64,000 nucleotides of DNA. It comes from Candidatus Eiseniibacteriota bacterium (lineage in GTDB: Bacteria > Eisenbacteria > RBG-16-71-46 > JABDJR01). Under the pieces are notes generated by a model that was given only the letters and a program-made list of their open reading frames with translations, was not told the origin of the DNA and made no database searches. The first letter of the stretch is position 1, and each line of letters begins with the position of its first letter. Below are positions 26,773 to 36,690 of this stretch, piece by piece. Location of the stretch: NCBI GenBank assembly GCA_963783375.1, contig CAWANH010000017.1, positions 1-64,000 on the forward strand, read 5' to 3'. A program made the position numbers and the translations under genes.

Positions 26773-27549
26773 ATGACGACCGCGCTCCTCCGGGTTCGGG
26801 GGGTGGGGATCCTGGGGCTGGCCCTGGCCCTGGGTTGCGGCACGGAGACGACCGGCCCCGAGATTCCCCAGGGCGCCGGGTTGGCCGTGGTGCTCCCGGA
26901 GGGCCTGGGGGACTCGACCGAGGTCCGGGTGGAGTTGTGGGCGGAGAACGTGGTGATGCCGACGACGTGCCCGGACTGGCAACCGGTGGTGACGGGGCGG
27001 GCTTCGAGGCCCCTCGATGACTTCTGCACCCTGGGGCGGCTCTGGATCCGGGATCTCCTGGGGAACGAAGTCCGATTGCGGGAGGGAGTGCGGTGGAGCG
27101 GCCGGATACCCGGGTGGGACGGCCTCTCCGATTCGGGCGCCGAGGCCCCGGCGGGGGTCTACCCGGTGCACTGGGAGTGTGAAGATTCACAGAATCCCTT
27201 CGTCTTCGACGGACACTACTACGTGCCCAGCCCGGAGGAGCCCGACGCCTGCGACTGGATCCTCTGGAGCGCCACGGTCGGGAGCGCGGCGGGAAGGCGG
27301 CTCGAGTTCAAGCCCTTCCCGGTTCGTTTCGGGGTCCTGAGCGTGGTGCCCGATCTGGGCATCCCGGTGTCGGCGTTCTTCGAGAACCCCTACCGGCTCC
27401 GGGTCCGGTTTCCCGGGGGAAGGGTCTTCGAACGGGAAGTGACGTTGATCGAGAAGCAGTTCACCGAGGTGCGCGTGGACGGGATTCCGCCGCCGGCCGG
27501 TGGGGCCCGGAACGCGGCCTCCAACGAGACGAGGACGGGAGTGAGATGA
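26773..27549 (+). CDS. Hypothetical lipoprotein with internal FlgD-Ig-like segment
   Basis: Lipobox LALGC; [10 protein letters not shown]...[16 protein letters not shown]. Confidence 0.65.
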   Translation: MTTALLRVRGVGILGLALALGCGTETTGPEIPQGAGLAVVLPEGLGDSTEVRVELWAENVVMPTTCPDWQPVVTGRASRPLDDFCTLGRLWIRDLLGNEVRLREGVRWSGRIPGWDGLSDSGAEAPAGVYPVHWECEDSQNPFVFDGHYYVPSPEEPDACDWILWSATVGSAAGRRLEFKPFPVRFGVLSVVPDLGIPVSAFFENPYRLRVRFPGGRVFEREVTLIEKQFTEVRVDGIPPPAGGARNAASNETRTGVR

Positions 27550-28307
27550 ACAAAGTCGTTGCCGACGCGCGCGAAGCGCTGCAAAAGGCGGGCCTCAAGG
27601 ACGGAGCGACCATCCTCCTGGGCGGCTTCGGGCTCTGCGGGATCCCCGAGAACCTGATCAACGCCACCCGGGAGATGGGGGTCAAGAACCTCACCGCGAT
27701 CAGCAACAATGCGGGGGTGGACGACTTCGGCCTGGGCCTCCTTCTGCAGACCCGCCAGATCAAGAAGATGATCTCGACCTACGTGGGGGAGAACAAGCTC
27801 TTCGAGAAGCAGTTCCTGGAAGGGGACCTCGAGGTCGAGCTCACCCCCCAGGGGACCTTCGCGGAGAAGATCCGGGCCGGCGGGGCGGGGATTCCCGCCT
27901 TCTACACCCCCACCGGGTTCGGGACCCAGATCTCCGAGGGAGGTCTTCCCATGCGGTACGCGAAGGACGGGAGCGTGGTCAAGGCCTCCGCCCCGAAGGA
28001 GACCCGGGAGTTCGGCGGGCGCAGCTACGTGCTGGAAGAGGCGATCACCGCCGACTTCGCCTTCGTGAAGGCCTACCGGGGGGACAAGGCGGGGAACCTC
28101 GTCTACCGGAAGACCGCGCGGAACTTCAACCCCATGATGGCCACCGCGGGCCGCGTCACCATCGCCGAGGTCGAGGAGCTGGTCGAGGTCGGTGAGATCG
28201 ATCCCGACGTGGTGGCGACCCCCGGTATCTACGTGAACTTCATCTTCCAGGGAAAGAACCATGAAAAGCGCATTGAGCAAAGAACAACTCGTCCAAAGGG
28301 CCGCTGA
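27546..28307 (+). CDS. scoA: 3-oxoacid CoA-transferase subunit A
   Basis: [43 protein letters not shown] and EKRIE motifs. Confidence 0.95.
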   Translation: MNKVVADAREALQKAGLKDGATILLGGFGLCGIPENLINATREMGVKNLTAISNNAGVDDFGLGLLLQTRQIKKMISTYVGENKLFEKQFLEGDLEVELTPQGTFAEKIRAGGAGIPAFYTPTGFGTQISEGGLPMRYAKDGSVVKASAPKETREFGGRSYVLEEAITADFAFVKAYRGDKAGNLVYRKTARNFNPMMATAGRVTIAEVEELVEVGEIDPDVVATPGIYVNFIFQGKNHEKRIEQRTTRPKGR

Positions 28308-28941
28308 GGAACTGGAGGACGGCTTCTACGTCAACCTGGGGATCGGGATGCCCACCCTGGTGGCCAACTACATCCCCTCCGGCATGACCATCACCCTCCA
28401 CTCGGAGAACGGGCTCCTGGGGATCGGCCCTTTCCCGTTCGAGGGGGACGAGGACGCCGACCTCATCAACGCGGGGAAGCAGACGGTGACCGAGATGCCC
28501 GGCGCCTCCTATTTCCACTCCAGCGATTCCTTCGCCATGATCCGGGGCGGGCACGTGGACCTGAGCATCCTCGGCGCCCTCCAGGTGGACAAGGACGGGA
28601 ACCTGGCCAACTGGATGATCCCGGGGAAGATGGTGAAGGGGATGGGGGGGGCCATGGATCTGGTGGCCGGGGCCCGGCGGGTGGTGGTGACCATGACCCA
28701 CGCCTCGAAGAAGGGCGATCCCAAGATCCTGAACGCCTGCGCCCTGCCGCTCACCGGGGTGGGGGTGGTGGACCGCATCATCACCGATCTCGCGGTGATC
28801 GACGTGACCCCCAAGGGGCTGGTGCTGCGTGAGCGCGCCCCCGGGGTGACGGTGGAGGAGATCCGGGAGGTGACCGAACCCGAACTCATCGTCGAGGGAG
28901 AGGTCCCCGAGATGCGGTTCGCCGAGGAGGGGAAGCAGTGA
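28261..28941 (+). CDS. scoB: 3-oxoacid CoA-transferase subunit B
   Basis: [23 protein letters not shown] and GMGGAMDL motifs; start ATG 28261 or TTG 28273, both inside scoA. Confidence 0.95.
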   Translation: MKSALSKEQLVQRAAEELEDGFYVNLGIGMPTLVANYIPSGMTITLHSENGLLGIGPFPFEGDEDADLINAGKQTVTEMPGASYFHSSDSFAMIRGGHVDLSILGALQVDKDGNLANWMIPGKMVKGMGGAMDLVAGARRVVVTMTHASKKGDPKILNACALPLTGVGVVDRIITDLAVIDVTPKGLVLRERAPGVTVEEIREVTEPELIVEGEVPEMRFAEEGKQ

Positions 28942-30101
28942 GCCGGTACGCGGAGCTATCCGACGACCACGTGATGTTCCAGAAGATGGTGCGCGAGTTC
29001 GCGGACCAGGAGATCGCCCCGCGGGCGGCGGAGATCGACCACGAGGACAAGTTCCCCCACTGGGCGGTGGACAAGCTGGCCGGGCTGGGGCTCCTGGGAA
29101 TCATCTATCCCGAGGAGTACGGCGGCGCGGGAGGCGACAGCCTCATGTACTCGATCGCCATGGAGGAGATCGCCCGGGCCTCGGGGAGCGTGGCCCTCAT
29201 CATGGCCGCGCACATCTCCCTCGGCACCTATCCCATCTTCGCCTTCGGGAGCGACGCCCAGAAGAAGAAGTACCTCCCCGACCTGGTCCAGGGGAAGAAG
29301 CTCGGCGCCTTCGGGCTCACCGAGCCGGGGGCCGGGTCCGACGCCGCCGGCACCAAGACCCGGGCCGAGCTCCAGGGTGACCAGTGGGTGCTGAACGGCA
29401 GCAAGCACTGGATCACCAACGCCGGGGTCGCCGGCACCCTGGTCATGACCGCCCGCACCTCCCCGGGGAAAGACGTGCACGGCATCAGCTCGTTCATCGT
29501 GGAGGCGGGGACCCCGGGGCTCAAGATCGCCAAGAAGGAGGACAAGGTGGGGCTCCGCGGCTCGGAGACCAACCCGCTCTTCTTCGAGGACATGAAGATC
29601 CCCAAGGAGAACATCCTCGGGGAGGAGGGCCAGGGCTTTCCCCAGTTCATGAAGACCCTGGACGGCGGCCGCATCTCCATCGGGGCCATGGCCCTGGGAA
29701 TCGCCCAGGCCGCCTTCGACGCCGCGGTGGACTACGCCTCCCAGCGGGAGCAGTTCGGCCGCCCCATCTCGGCGTTCCAGGGCATCCAGTTCAAGATCGC
29801 CGACATGGCCACCGAGATCGAGGCCGCCCGGCACCTGATCTACAGCGCATCCCGGCTCAAGGATCGGGGGGAGCGGACCACGGAGTACTCCGCGATGGCC
29901 AAGCTCTACGCCTCCGAGGTCTCGATGCGGGCCACCAACCACGCCATCCAGATCTTCGGGGGGAACGGCTACAGCCGGGAGTATCCGGTGGAGCGGTTCT
30001 GGCGGGACGCCAAGCTCACCGAGATCGGGGAGGGGACGAGCGAGATCCAGCGGCTGGTGATCGCCCGCGAGGCATTGAAGAAGGCCGCGGCGGCGGGCTG
30101 A
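28938..30101 (+). CDS. Acyl-CoA dehydrogenase (short/branched chain)
   Basis: [22 protein letters not shown] and IGEGTSEIQ motifs. Confidence 0.95.
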   Translation: MSRYAELSDDHVMFQKMVREFADQEIAPRAAEIDHEDKFPHWAVDKLAGLGLLGIIYPEEYGGAGGDSLMYSIAMEEIARASGSVALIMAAHISLGTYPIFAFGSDAQKKKYLPDLVQGKKLGAFGLTEPGAGSDAAGTKTRAELQGDQWVLNGSKHWITNAGVAGTLVMTARTSPGKDVHGISSFIVEAGTPGLKIAKKEDKVGLRGSETNPLFFEDMKIPKENILGEEGQGFPQFMKTLDGGRISIGAMALGIAQAAFDAAVDYASQREQFGRPISAFQGIQFKIADMATEIEAARHLIYSASRLKDRGERTTEYSAMAKLYASEVSMRATNHAIQIFGGNGYSREYPVERFWRDAKLTEIGEGTSEIQRLVIAREALKKAAAAG

Positions 30102-30193
30102 ACCGCCCGCCCGCGGTTGGGAGACAGGGAGCCGGCCCGCGGGGCCGGCCGGGTAACGGAAGCGGATGGGTTGAGCAGGAAGGAGAAACGATC

Positions 30194-31372
30194 ATGAACA
30201 GCGCAGTCATCGTCAGCGCATGTCGGACGCCGGTGGGGAAGTTCCTGGGAGGGCTCTCCTCGCTTCCCGCCGGACGGCTCGGGGCCCTCGTGGTGGCCGA
30301 GGCGATCAGGCGGGCGGGGATCGAGCCGGCGGCGATCGAGGAATGCATCATGGGGAACGTGCTCCAGGCCGGGGTGGGCCAGAACCCGGCCCGCCAGGCC
30401 GCCCACTGGGGCGGGGTCCCCGACGAGGTGGGCTCGTTCACCGTGAACAAGGTGTGCGGCTCGGGGCTGAAGGCGGTCATGCTGGCCGCCCAGGCCATCA
30501 AGGCCGGCGACCACGAGGTGTTGATGGCCGGCGGGATGGAGAGCATGTCCAACGCGCCCTATCTCCTCCCCGGCGCCCGCACCGGGTACCGGCTGGGGAA
30601 CGGGGTGCTGGTGGACGCCATGGTCCACGACGGCCTCACCGACGTCTACAACGAGTACCACATGGGCGTGGCCGCGGAGTTGATCGCGGACAAGTTCAAG
30701 GTCACCCGCGAGGACCAGGACAAGTTCGCGGTGGGGAGCCAGGAGAAGGCGGTGGCGGCGATCGAGGCCGGCCGGTTCAAGGCGGAGATCCTCCCGGTCA
30801 CCATTCCCCAGCGGAAGGGTGATCCCCTGGTGGTGGATACCGACGAGGGACCCCGGAAGGGCACGACCCTGGAAGCTCTCGCCAAGCTCAAGCCCGCGTT
30901 CAAGAAGGACGGCTCGGTCACCGCCGGGAACGCTCCCAGCGTGAACGACGGCGCCAGCGCCCTGGTGGTGATGAGCGAGAAGAAGGCCAAGGAGATGGGG
31001 CTCACCCCCATGGCCCGGATCGTCGATTACTCCACCGGAGGGACCGCTCCCGAGATGCTCTTCTACGCCCCGGTGGTGGCGGTGCGGAAGCTGATGGACA
31101 AGATGAAGGTCGACATCAACCACTGGGACCTGATCGAGGCCAACGAGGCCTTCAGCGCCCAGGCCCTGGTGGACGGCCGCGAGCTGGAGTGGGACTGGGA
31201 CCGGGTGAACGTGAACGGCGGCGCGGTGGCCCTGGGCCATCCCATCGGGGCGAGCGGCGCCCGCGTGCTCACCACCCTCCTCTACGCCATGAAGGACCGC
31301 AAGGCCAAGACCGGCATGGCCACCCTCTGTCTCGGCGGCGGGAACGCGGTGGCGCTGGCGGTGGAGATGTAG
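30194..31372 (+). CDS. atoB: Acetyl-CoA C-acetyltransferase (thiolase)
   Basis: [19 protein letters not shown] and CLGGG; AAGGAG RBS; start moved to ATG 30194. Confidence 0.93.
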   Translation: MNSAVIVSACRTPVGKFLGGLSSLPAGRLGALVVAEAIRRAGIEPAAIEECIMGNVLQAGVGQNPARQAAHWGGVPDEVGSFTVNKVCGSGLKAVMLAAQAIKAGDHEVLMAGGMESMSNAPYLLPGARTGYRLGNGVLVDAMVHDGLTDVYNEYHMGVAAELIADKFKVTREDQDKFAVGSQEKAVAAIEAGRFKAEILPVTIPQRKGDPLVVDTDEGPRKGTTLEALAKLKPAFKKDGSVTAGNAPSVNDGASALVVMSEKKAKEMGLTPMARIVDYSTGGTAPEMLFYAPVVAVRKLMDKMKVDINHWDLIEANEAFSAQALVDGRELEWDWDRVNVNGGAVALGHPIGASGARVLTTLLYAMKDRKAKTGMATLCLGGGNAVALAVEM

Positions 31373-31508
31373 GGATCGGGATCCCGGCCCGGGGCCTCGC
31401 CGTCCCGGGCCGGACGCCTCTCCGATCCAGGATTCCCGAAGCGGAATTGGTTTCGACCCGGCGGGCGCCACGGCGCCCGCCCGTCGTCAAGCGAACAAGG
31501 GGGCTCAA

Positions 31509-32372
31509 ATGCGCGCGGAGGATGTGAAGAAGGTCGCGGTGGTCGGCGCGGGGACGATGGGGAACGGGATCGCCCACGTCTTCGCCCAGAACGGGTACGA
31601 GGTCACGCTGATCGATCTGGAGCCGGCGCTCCTGCACCGGGCGCTCACCACCATCGAGAAGAACCTGGGCCGCCTGGTGGCCAAGGAAAAGATCACCGAG
31701 GACGTGATGCGGGCCACCCTGGGCCGGCTGGCCACCGCCACCGAGCTGGAGACCGCGGCCGAGGCCAACCTGGTGATCGAAGCCATCACCGAGAACCCCA
31801 AGGTGAAATTCGAGCTTTTCCGGAAGCTGGACGAGATCTGCCCGCCGGAGGTTCCGTTCGGAAGCAACACCTCATCCATCTCCATCACCGAGATCGCCGC
31901 CCAGACCGAGCGGCCGGACCGGGTGGCGGGGGTCCACTTCATGAACCCGGTCCCGGTCATGCAGCTGGTGGAGATCATCCGGGGGCTGGCCACCTCGGAC
32001 GAGACCCGGGACCTGGCGGTGGAGACGGCCAAGCGGCTGGGAAAGACCCCGGTGGAGGTGAACGACTATCCGGGCTTCGTCTCCAACCGGGTGCTCATGC
32101 CGATGATCAACGAGGCGGTGTTCTGCGTGATGGAAGGGGTGGCCGAGCCCGAGGCGGTGGACACGGTCATGAAGCTGGGCATGAACCATCCCATGGGCCC
32201 CCTGGCCCTGGCCGACCTCATCGGCCTCGATACGTGTCTGGCCATCATGAACGTGCTCCACGAGGGCCTGGGGGACGACAAGTACCGTCCGTGCCCCCTG
32301 CTCCGGAAGATGGTGCGCGCGGGCTATCTGGGCCGGAAGACCGGCCGCGGTTTCTATACCTACCAGTCCTGA
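31509..32372 (+). CDS. hbd: 3-hydroxybutyryl-CoA dehydrogenase
   Basis: [29 protein letters not shown] and HPMGP motifs. Confidence 0.95.
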   Translation: MRAEDVKKVAVVGAGTMGNGIAHVFAQNGYEVTLIDLEPALLHRALTTIEKNLGRLVAKEKITEDVMRATLGRLATATELETAAEANLVIEAITENPKVKFELFRKLDEICPPEVPFGSNTSSISITEIAAQTERPDRVAGVHFMNPVPVMQLVEIIRGLATSDETRDLAVETAKRLGKTPVEVNDYPGFVSNRVLMPMINEAVFCVMEGVAEPEAVDTVMKLGMNHPMGPLALADLIGLDTCLAIMNVLHEGLGDDKYRPCPLLRKMVRAGYLGRKTGRGFYTYQS

Positions 32373-32397
32373 CCGGGGGGGGAGAGAGGGGAGATCG

Positions 32398-33537
32398 ATG
32401 GAGTTCGCGCTGAACGAAGAGGAACGCCTGATCCGGGACACCGCCCGGGAGCTGGCCGAGAAGGAGTTCGCCCCCCGGGCCGGGGAGTACGACGAGTCGC
32501 AGAAGTTCCCCCACGACAACGTCGGGAAGCTGGCCGAGCTGGGGTTCATGGGGATGGGGGTGGATGAGAAATGGGGCGGGGCGGGGCTCTCCAGCCTGGC
32601 CTACGTCCTGGCCATGGAGGAGATCTCCAAGGCCTGCGCCTCCACCGGGGTCATCATGTCGGTGAACAATTCCCTGGTCTGCGATCCGCTCCAGAAGTTC
32701 GGCAACGACGCCCAGCGGGAGAAGTTCCTGAAGCCCCTGGCCGCGGGGGAGAAGCTCGGGGCCTACTGTCTCACCGAGCCCGAGGCCGGCTCCGACGCCC
32801 AGAACCAGCGGACCGCCGCGGTCCGGGACGGCGACCACTACGTCCTGAACGGCACCAAGAACTTCATCACCAACGGCCAGGTGGCCGATCTCTACATCGT
32901 CTACTGCAAGACCGATCCCGAGGCCGGTCACCGGGGGATCAGCGCGCTGGTGGTGGAGGCGGGCTCGGAGGGTCTCACCCGGGGCGCCAAGGAGAACACC
33001 ATGGGCATCCGGGCGTCCTCCACCTGCAGCCTCTTCTTCAACAACGTGCGGGTGCCGGCGGATCACCTCCTGGGGAAGGAAGGCGAGGGCTTCAAGATCG
33101 CCCTGGCCACCCTGGACGGAGGGCGGATCGGGATCGCCGCCCAGGCGCTGGGGATCGGGCAGGCCGCCCTCGACGAGGCGACCCGGTATTCCCAGGAGCG
33201 CACCACCTTCGGGAGCCCGATCTCCGAGCTCCAGGCCATCCAGTGGATGCTGGCCGATTCCGCCACCGAACTCGACGCCGCCCGGCTCCTTACCTATCGC
33301 GCCGCGGTCAAGAAGGACACCGGAGAGCGGTATTCGGTGGAGGCGGCGATGGCCAAGCTCGCCGCCTCGCGGGCCGCGGTGGTGGTGTCGGATCGCGCGG
33401 TCCAGGTCCACGGGGGCTACGGCTACGTGAAGGAATACGCGGTGGAGCGGCATTATCGCGACGCCAAGATCACCGAGCTTTACGAGGGGACGAGCGAGAT
33501 CCAGCGTCTCGTCATCTCCCGCAACCTGCTGAAATAG
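32398..33537 (+). CDS. Acyl-CoA dehydrogenase (butyryl-CoA DH-like)
   Basis: CLTEPEAGSD, LDGGRIGIAAQ and YEGTSEIQ motifs. Confidence 0.95.
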   Translation: MEFALNEEERLIRDTARELAEKEFAPRAGEYDESQKFPHDNVGKLAELGFMGMGVDEKWGGAGLSSLAYVLAMEEISKACASTGVIMSVNNSLVCDPLQKFGNDAQREKFLKPLAAGEKLGAYCLTEPEAGSDAQNQRTAAVRDGDHYVLNGTKNFITNGQVADLYIVYCKTDPEAGHRGISALVVEAGSEGLTRGAKENTMGIRASSTCSLFFNNVRVPADHLLGKEGEGFKIALATLDGGRIGIAAQALGIGQAALDEATRYSQERTTFGSPISELQAIQWMLADSATELDAARLLTYRAAVKKDTGERYSVEAAMAKLAASRAAVVVSDRAVQVHGGYGYVKEYAVERHYRDAKITELYEGTSEIQRLVISRNLLK

Positions 33538-33552
33538 GAGACTCCCCCCTCC

Positions 33553-34710
33553 ATGGACTTCCGCCTGACCGAAGAACAGAAGATGCTCCAGGACACCGTC
33601 CGGGGGTTCGCGGACAGCGAGCTGGCCCCGGTGGTGCTGGAGTACGAGCGCGAAGGCCGGTTCCCCCGGGAGTTCATCGCCCGGCTCTGGAAGGAGCTCG
33701 GGTTGGGAGGCATGCTCTGTCCCGAGGCCTACGGGGGGATTGCGCTGGACCCGATCTCCTACACCCTGGTGGTGGAGGAGCTGGCCCGGGTCTGGCCCGC
33801 GCTCTCGATCATCGTGGCCGTACACAACTCGGTGGGGGTCCAGCTCATCGCCGAGCACGGGTCCGAGGACCAGAAGCGCCAGTACCTGCCGCGCCTCACC
33901 AGCGAGTGGCTGGCCGCCTTCAGCCTGTCCGAGCCGGGCGCCGGGAGCGACGTGAGCGCGATCCGGGCCACCGCGACCCGGGACGGGGATCACTACGTCC
34001 TGAACGGGGAGAAGAACTGGGTCTCGAACGGGAAGAACGCCGACCTTTACATCATCTTCGTCAAGACCGACCCCGCGGCCGGGAACCGGGGCATCAGCGC
34101 CTTCATCGTGGAGAAGGGGACCCCGGGGCTGAACCCGGGCCGGCCGGAGCGTAAGATGGGGATCAAGGCCAGCGATACCGTGGTGCTGAGCCTGGAGAAC
34201 TGCCGGGTCCCGGCCTCGGCCATGCTCGGTGTTCCCGGGCAGGGGTTCAAGATCGCCATGATGGAACTGGACGGGGGACGGGTGGGGGTGGCCGCCCAGG
34301 CCCTGGGGATCGGGCGGGCCGCCCTCGAGAAGTCGATCCGCTACGCCCGGGAGCGCGAGGCCTTCGGGAAGCCCATCGCCGAGCTCCAGGCCATCCAGTG
34401 GATGATCGCGGACATGGCCACCCGGATCGAGGCGGCCGGCCTGATGGTCTACCAGGCGGCGTGGATGCGGGCGCAGGGGATGAAGTACACCCGGCAGGCC
34501 TCGGAAGCCAAGCTGTATGCGTCCGAGGCCGCCACCTTCGTCACCCACCGGGCCATCCAGATTCACGGCGGCTACGGCTACACCGAGGACTACGAGGTCG
34601 AGCGGTTCTACCGGGACGCCCGGGTCACCGAGATCTACGAGGGGACGAGCGAGATCCAGCGGCTGGTGATCGCCCGGACCTGGCTCAAGGAGCACGCGCT
34701 GGCCGGGTAG
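33553..34710 (+). CDS. Acyl-CoA dehydrogenase
   Basis: SLSEPGAGSD, GGYGY and YEGTSEIQ motifs. Confidence 0.95.
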   Translation: MDFRLTEEQKMLQDTVRGFADSELAPVVLEYEREGRFPREFIARLWKELGLGGMLCPEAYGGIALDPISYTLVVEELARVWPALSIIVAVHNSVGVQLIAEHGSEDQKRQYLPRLTSEWLAAFSLSEPGAGSDVSAIRATATRDGDHYVLNGEKNWVSNGKNADLYIIFVKTDPAAGNRGISAFIVEKGTPGLNPGRPERKMGIKASDTVVLSLENCRVPASAMLGVPGQGFKIAMMELDGGRVGVAAQALGIGRAALEKSIRYAREREAFGKPIAELQAIQWMIADMATRIEAAGLMVYQAAWMRAQGMKYTRQASEAKLYASEAATFVTHRAIQIHGGYGYTEDYEVERFYRDARVTEIYEGTSEIQRLVIARTWLKEHALAG

Positions 34711-34874
34711 CCGACCGCCCGGGGATCGGGCCCGATCGCCCTGGCGACTTCGCCTGCGTGCCGTCTCCCCAGACGTTATAATGGCCGGCTTGAACGTGGG
34801 GGGAACCCCGCGGGCCTCGGACCGGTCATCCGGAGGGGCATCCCCCGGCTCGGACTCAGGAAAGGGTGCGTTTC

Positions 34875-36021
34875 ATGGCCAAGAGCGTCGTCAGCGTCAT
34901 CAAGTCGGATCCCGAAGACCGTCCTCGAGGACATCGGCAAGGCGATGCGGGAGGCGGGGTATCGGGACCTCCTCAAGCCCTCCGTCGACACCTGCCTCAA
35001 GATCAACGTCACCTGGCACCTCTACATGCCGGGGACCTCCACCACCCCCTGGCAGCTCGAAGGCGTGGTGCGGACGCTGCTCGAGGACGGGTTCCGCCCC
35101 GAATCCCTGTGGGGGGTTCACAACGACACCGTGGTGGTGAACTCCCGGGTGGGGGAGATCAACAACAAGCAGAAGCCGGTGTGCGACAAGTACGGGGTGC
35201 GCCGCACCTTCCTGAACGACCCGGACCAGGAGTGGATCGAGTACAAGCCCAAGGGGAAGATGCTGGTGCTTCCCGAGGTGTACAAGAAGGACGGGATCTG
35301 GATCCCCAAGTTCCTGGTGGGGAAGAACATCATCCATCTCCCCACCGTGAAGACCCACGTCTTCACCACCATCACCGGGGCGATGAAGAACGCCTTCGGG
35401 GGGCTCCTCCACTTCCGCCGCCACTGGACCCACGGGGTGATCCACGAGACCCTGGTGGACCTACTGCGCATCCAGAAGGACATCCATCCCGGGGTGTTCG
35501 CGGTGACCGACGGCTCGTTCTGCGGGGACGGTCCCGGGCCCCGGGCGATCCGGCCCCACGTGAAGGGCTACATGCTGGCCTCGGCGGACCAGGTGGCCAT
35601 CGACGCGGTGAGCGCCAAGATGATGGGGTTCGATCCGATGTCCATCAAGTTCATCCGCCTGGCCCACGAGGAAGGGCTCGGGGTGGGCGACGTCCGGGAC
35701 ATCGAGGTCAAGGGCGCCGACATCTCGAACATCAACTTCGGGTTCCACGGGGACGAGGACACCTTCGCCTCGCGCGGACAGAAGGCCATCTACCACGGGC
35801 CGTTGAAGCCCTTCGAGAAGCTCCTCCTCCAGAGCCCCATCGTCCCCTGGTCCTACGCGGCGTCCAAGCTCTACCACGACGTCTACTGGTACCCGGCCCA
35901 CGGGAAGAAGCGGGTGGAGGAGGTCCTGAACGAGACCGGCTGGGGACGGCTCTTCCGCGACTACGAGAAGGGGCTGGTGGGGCGGAACGTGCCGGGGGGA
36001 GCGGGGAAAGAAGAGGAGTAG
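34875..36021 (+). CDS. DUF362 family protein with apparent +1 frameshift near 34912
   Basis: MAKSVVSVIKSDP continues as KTVLEDIGKAMREAGY if one base is removed; motifs LPTVKTH, TGAMKN and DQVAIDAV. Confidence 0.8.
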
Positions 36022-36690
36022 GTCAGCAGACAGGCGTTTGGGGCGGCGCTGCCTTCGGCATGAATGCAGATTACTCGTGCAAACCGGAAGCTCTGTCGTC
36101 CCGCCTTTGAAGCTCCGCCCTGCCCCGCCCCGCCCCGCCCCGCCCGGTCCACCCCTCCCAAGGCCGCCGCCGACCCGCTCAGGGGCGCGGCAATGATCAC
36201 ATCTCCTCCACCGTTGCCGATAACGATAGGGTCGGGAACCTGGGCGAAAAGATCCGCTTGGCTCCTGTCCTCGGCACGCCGAATGCCGAGATCATCCAGA
36301 GGCGATTCCGGGCCCGGCCCGGACGCCGGGTGGACATGAATCGGAGCGGGGGGCACCAAGCGGCGGTTGCACCGGCGCAAGAGCAATACCGGCGCCTCTT
36401 GGCAGAAGATAAGTAGCATGCCCATCAACAACTAGCAGATCCCGGCAGCAGGCGACCGCTCCCGGAGTAGGATGGGATCTTGACAGGGCGCTGGTCGTCG
36501 CGGGCGCGACCAACCGGCAACGCATCAGGCAGACGTTACCCCCGCATTGTTAGCGATATCTTTGGCCAGCCACGGATCGTCAGGAACCATCACGGCGAAC
36601 TGAGCTTGGAAGGTGCGCCGGGACGGTGAGCACGGTTTCATCCGAATTGTCCGATCGTGGATCCCGGATAGGGGGTTGAGCAACGTGTTG

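Noticed and set aside
29384-30193. Long N-terminal extensions in the ORF track (thiolase; also GDE, lat, OsmC, mce)
   Set aside because: They overlap other genes or intergenic DNA; downstream starts match the family N-termini.
34905-34920. Programmed ribosomal frameshift in DUF362 or MCM
   Set aside because: No slippery heptamer or stimulatory structure seen; sequencing error is simpler.
36420-36570. Possible integron attC remnant (GTTAGCG near 36549)
   Set aside because: No matching inverse core or full imperfect palindrome; no integrase.
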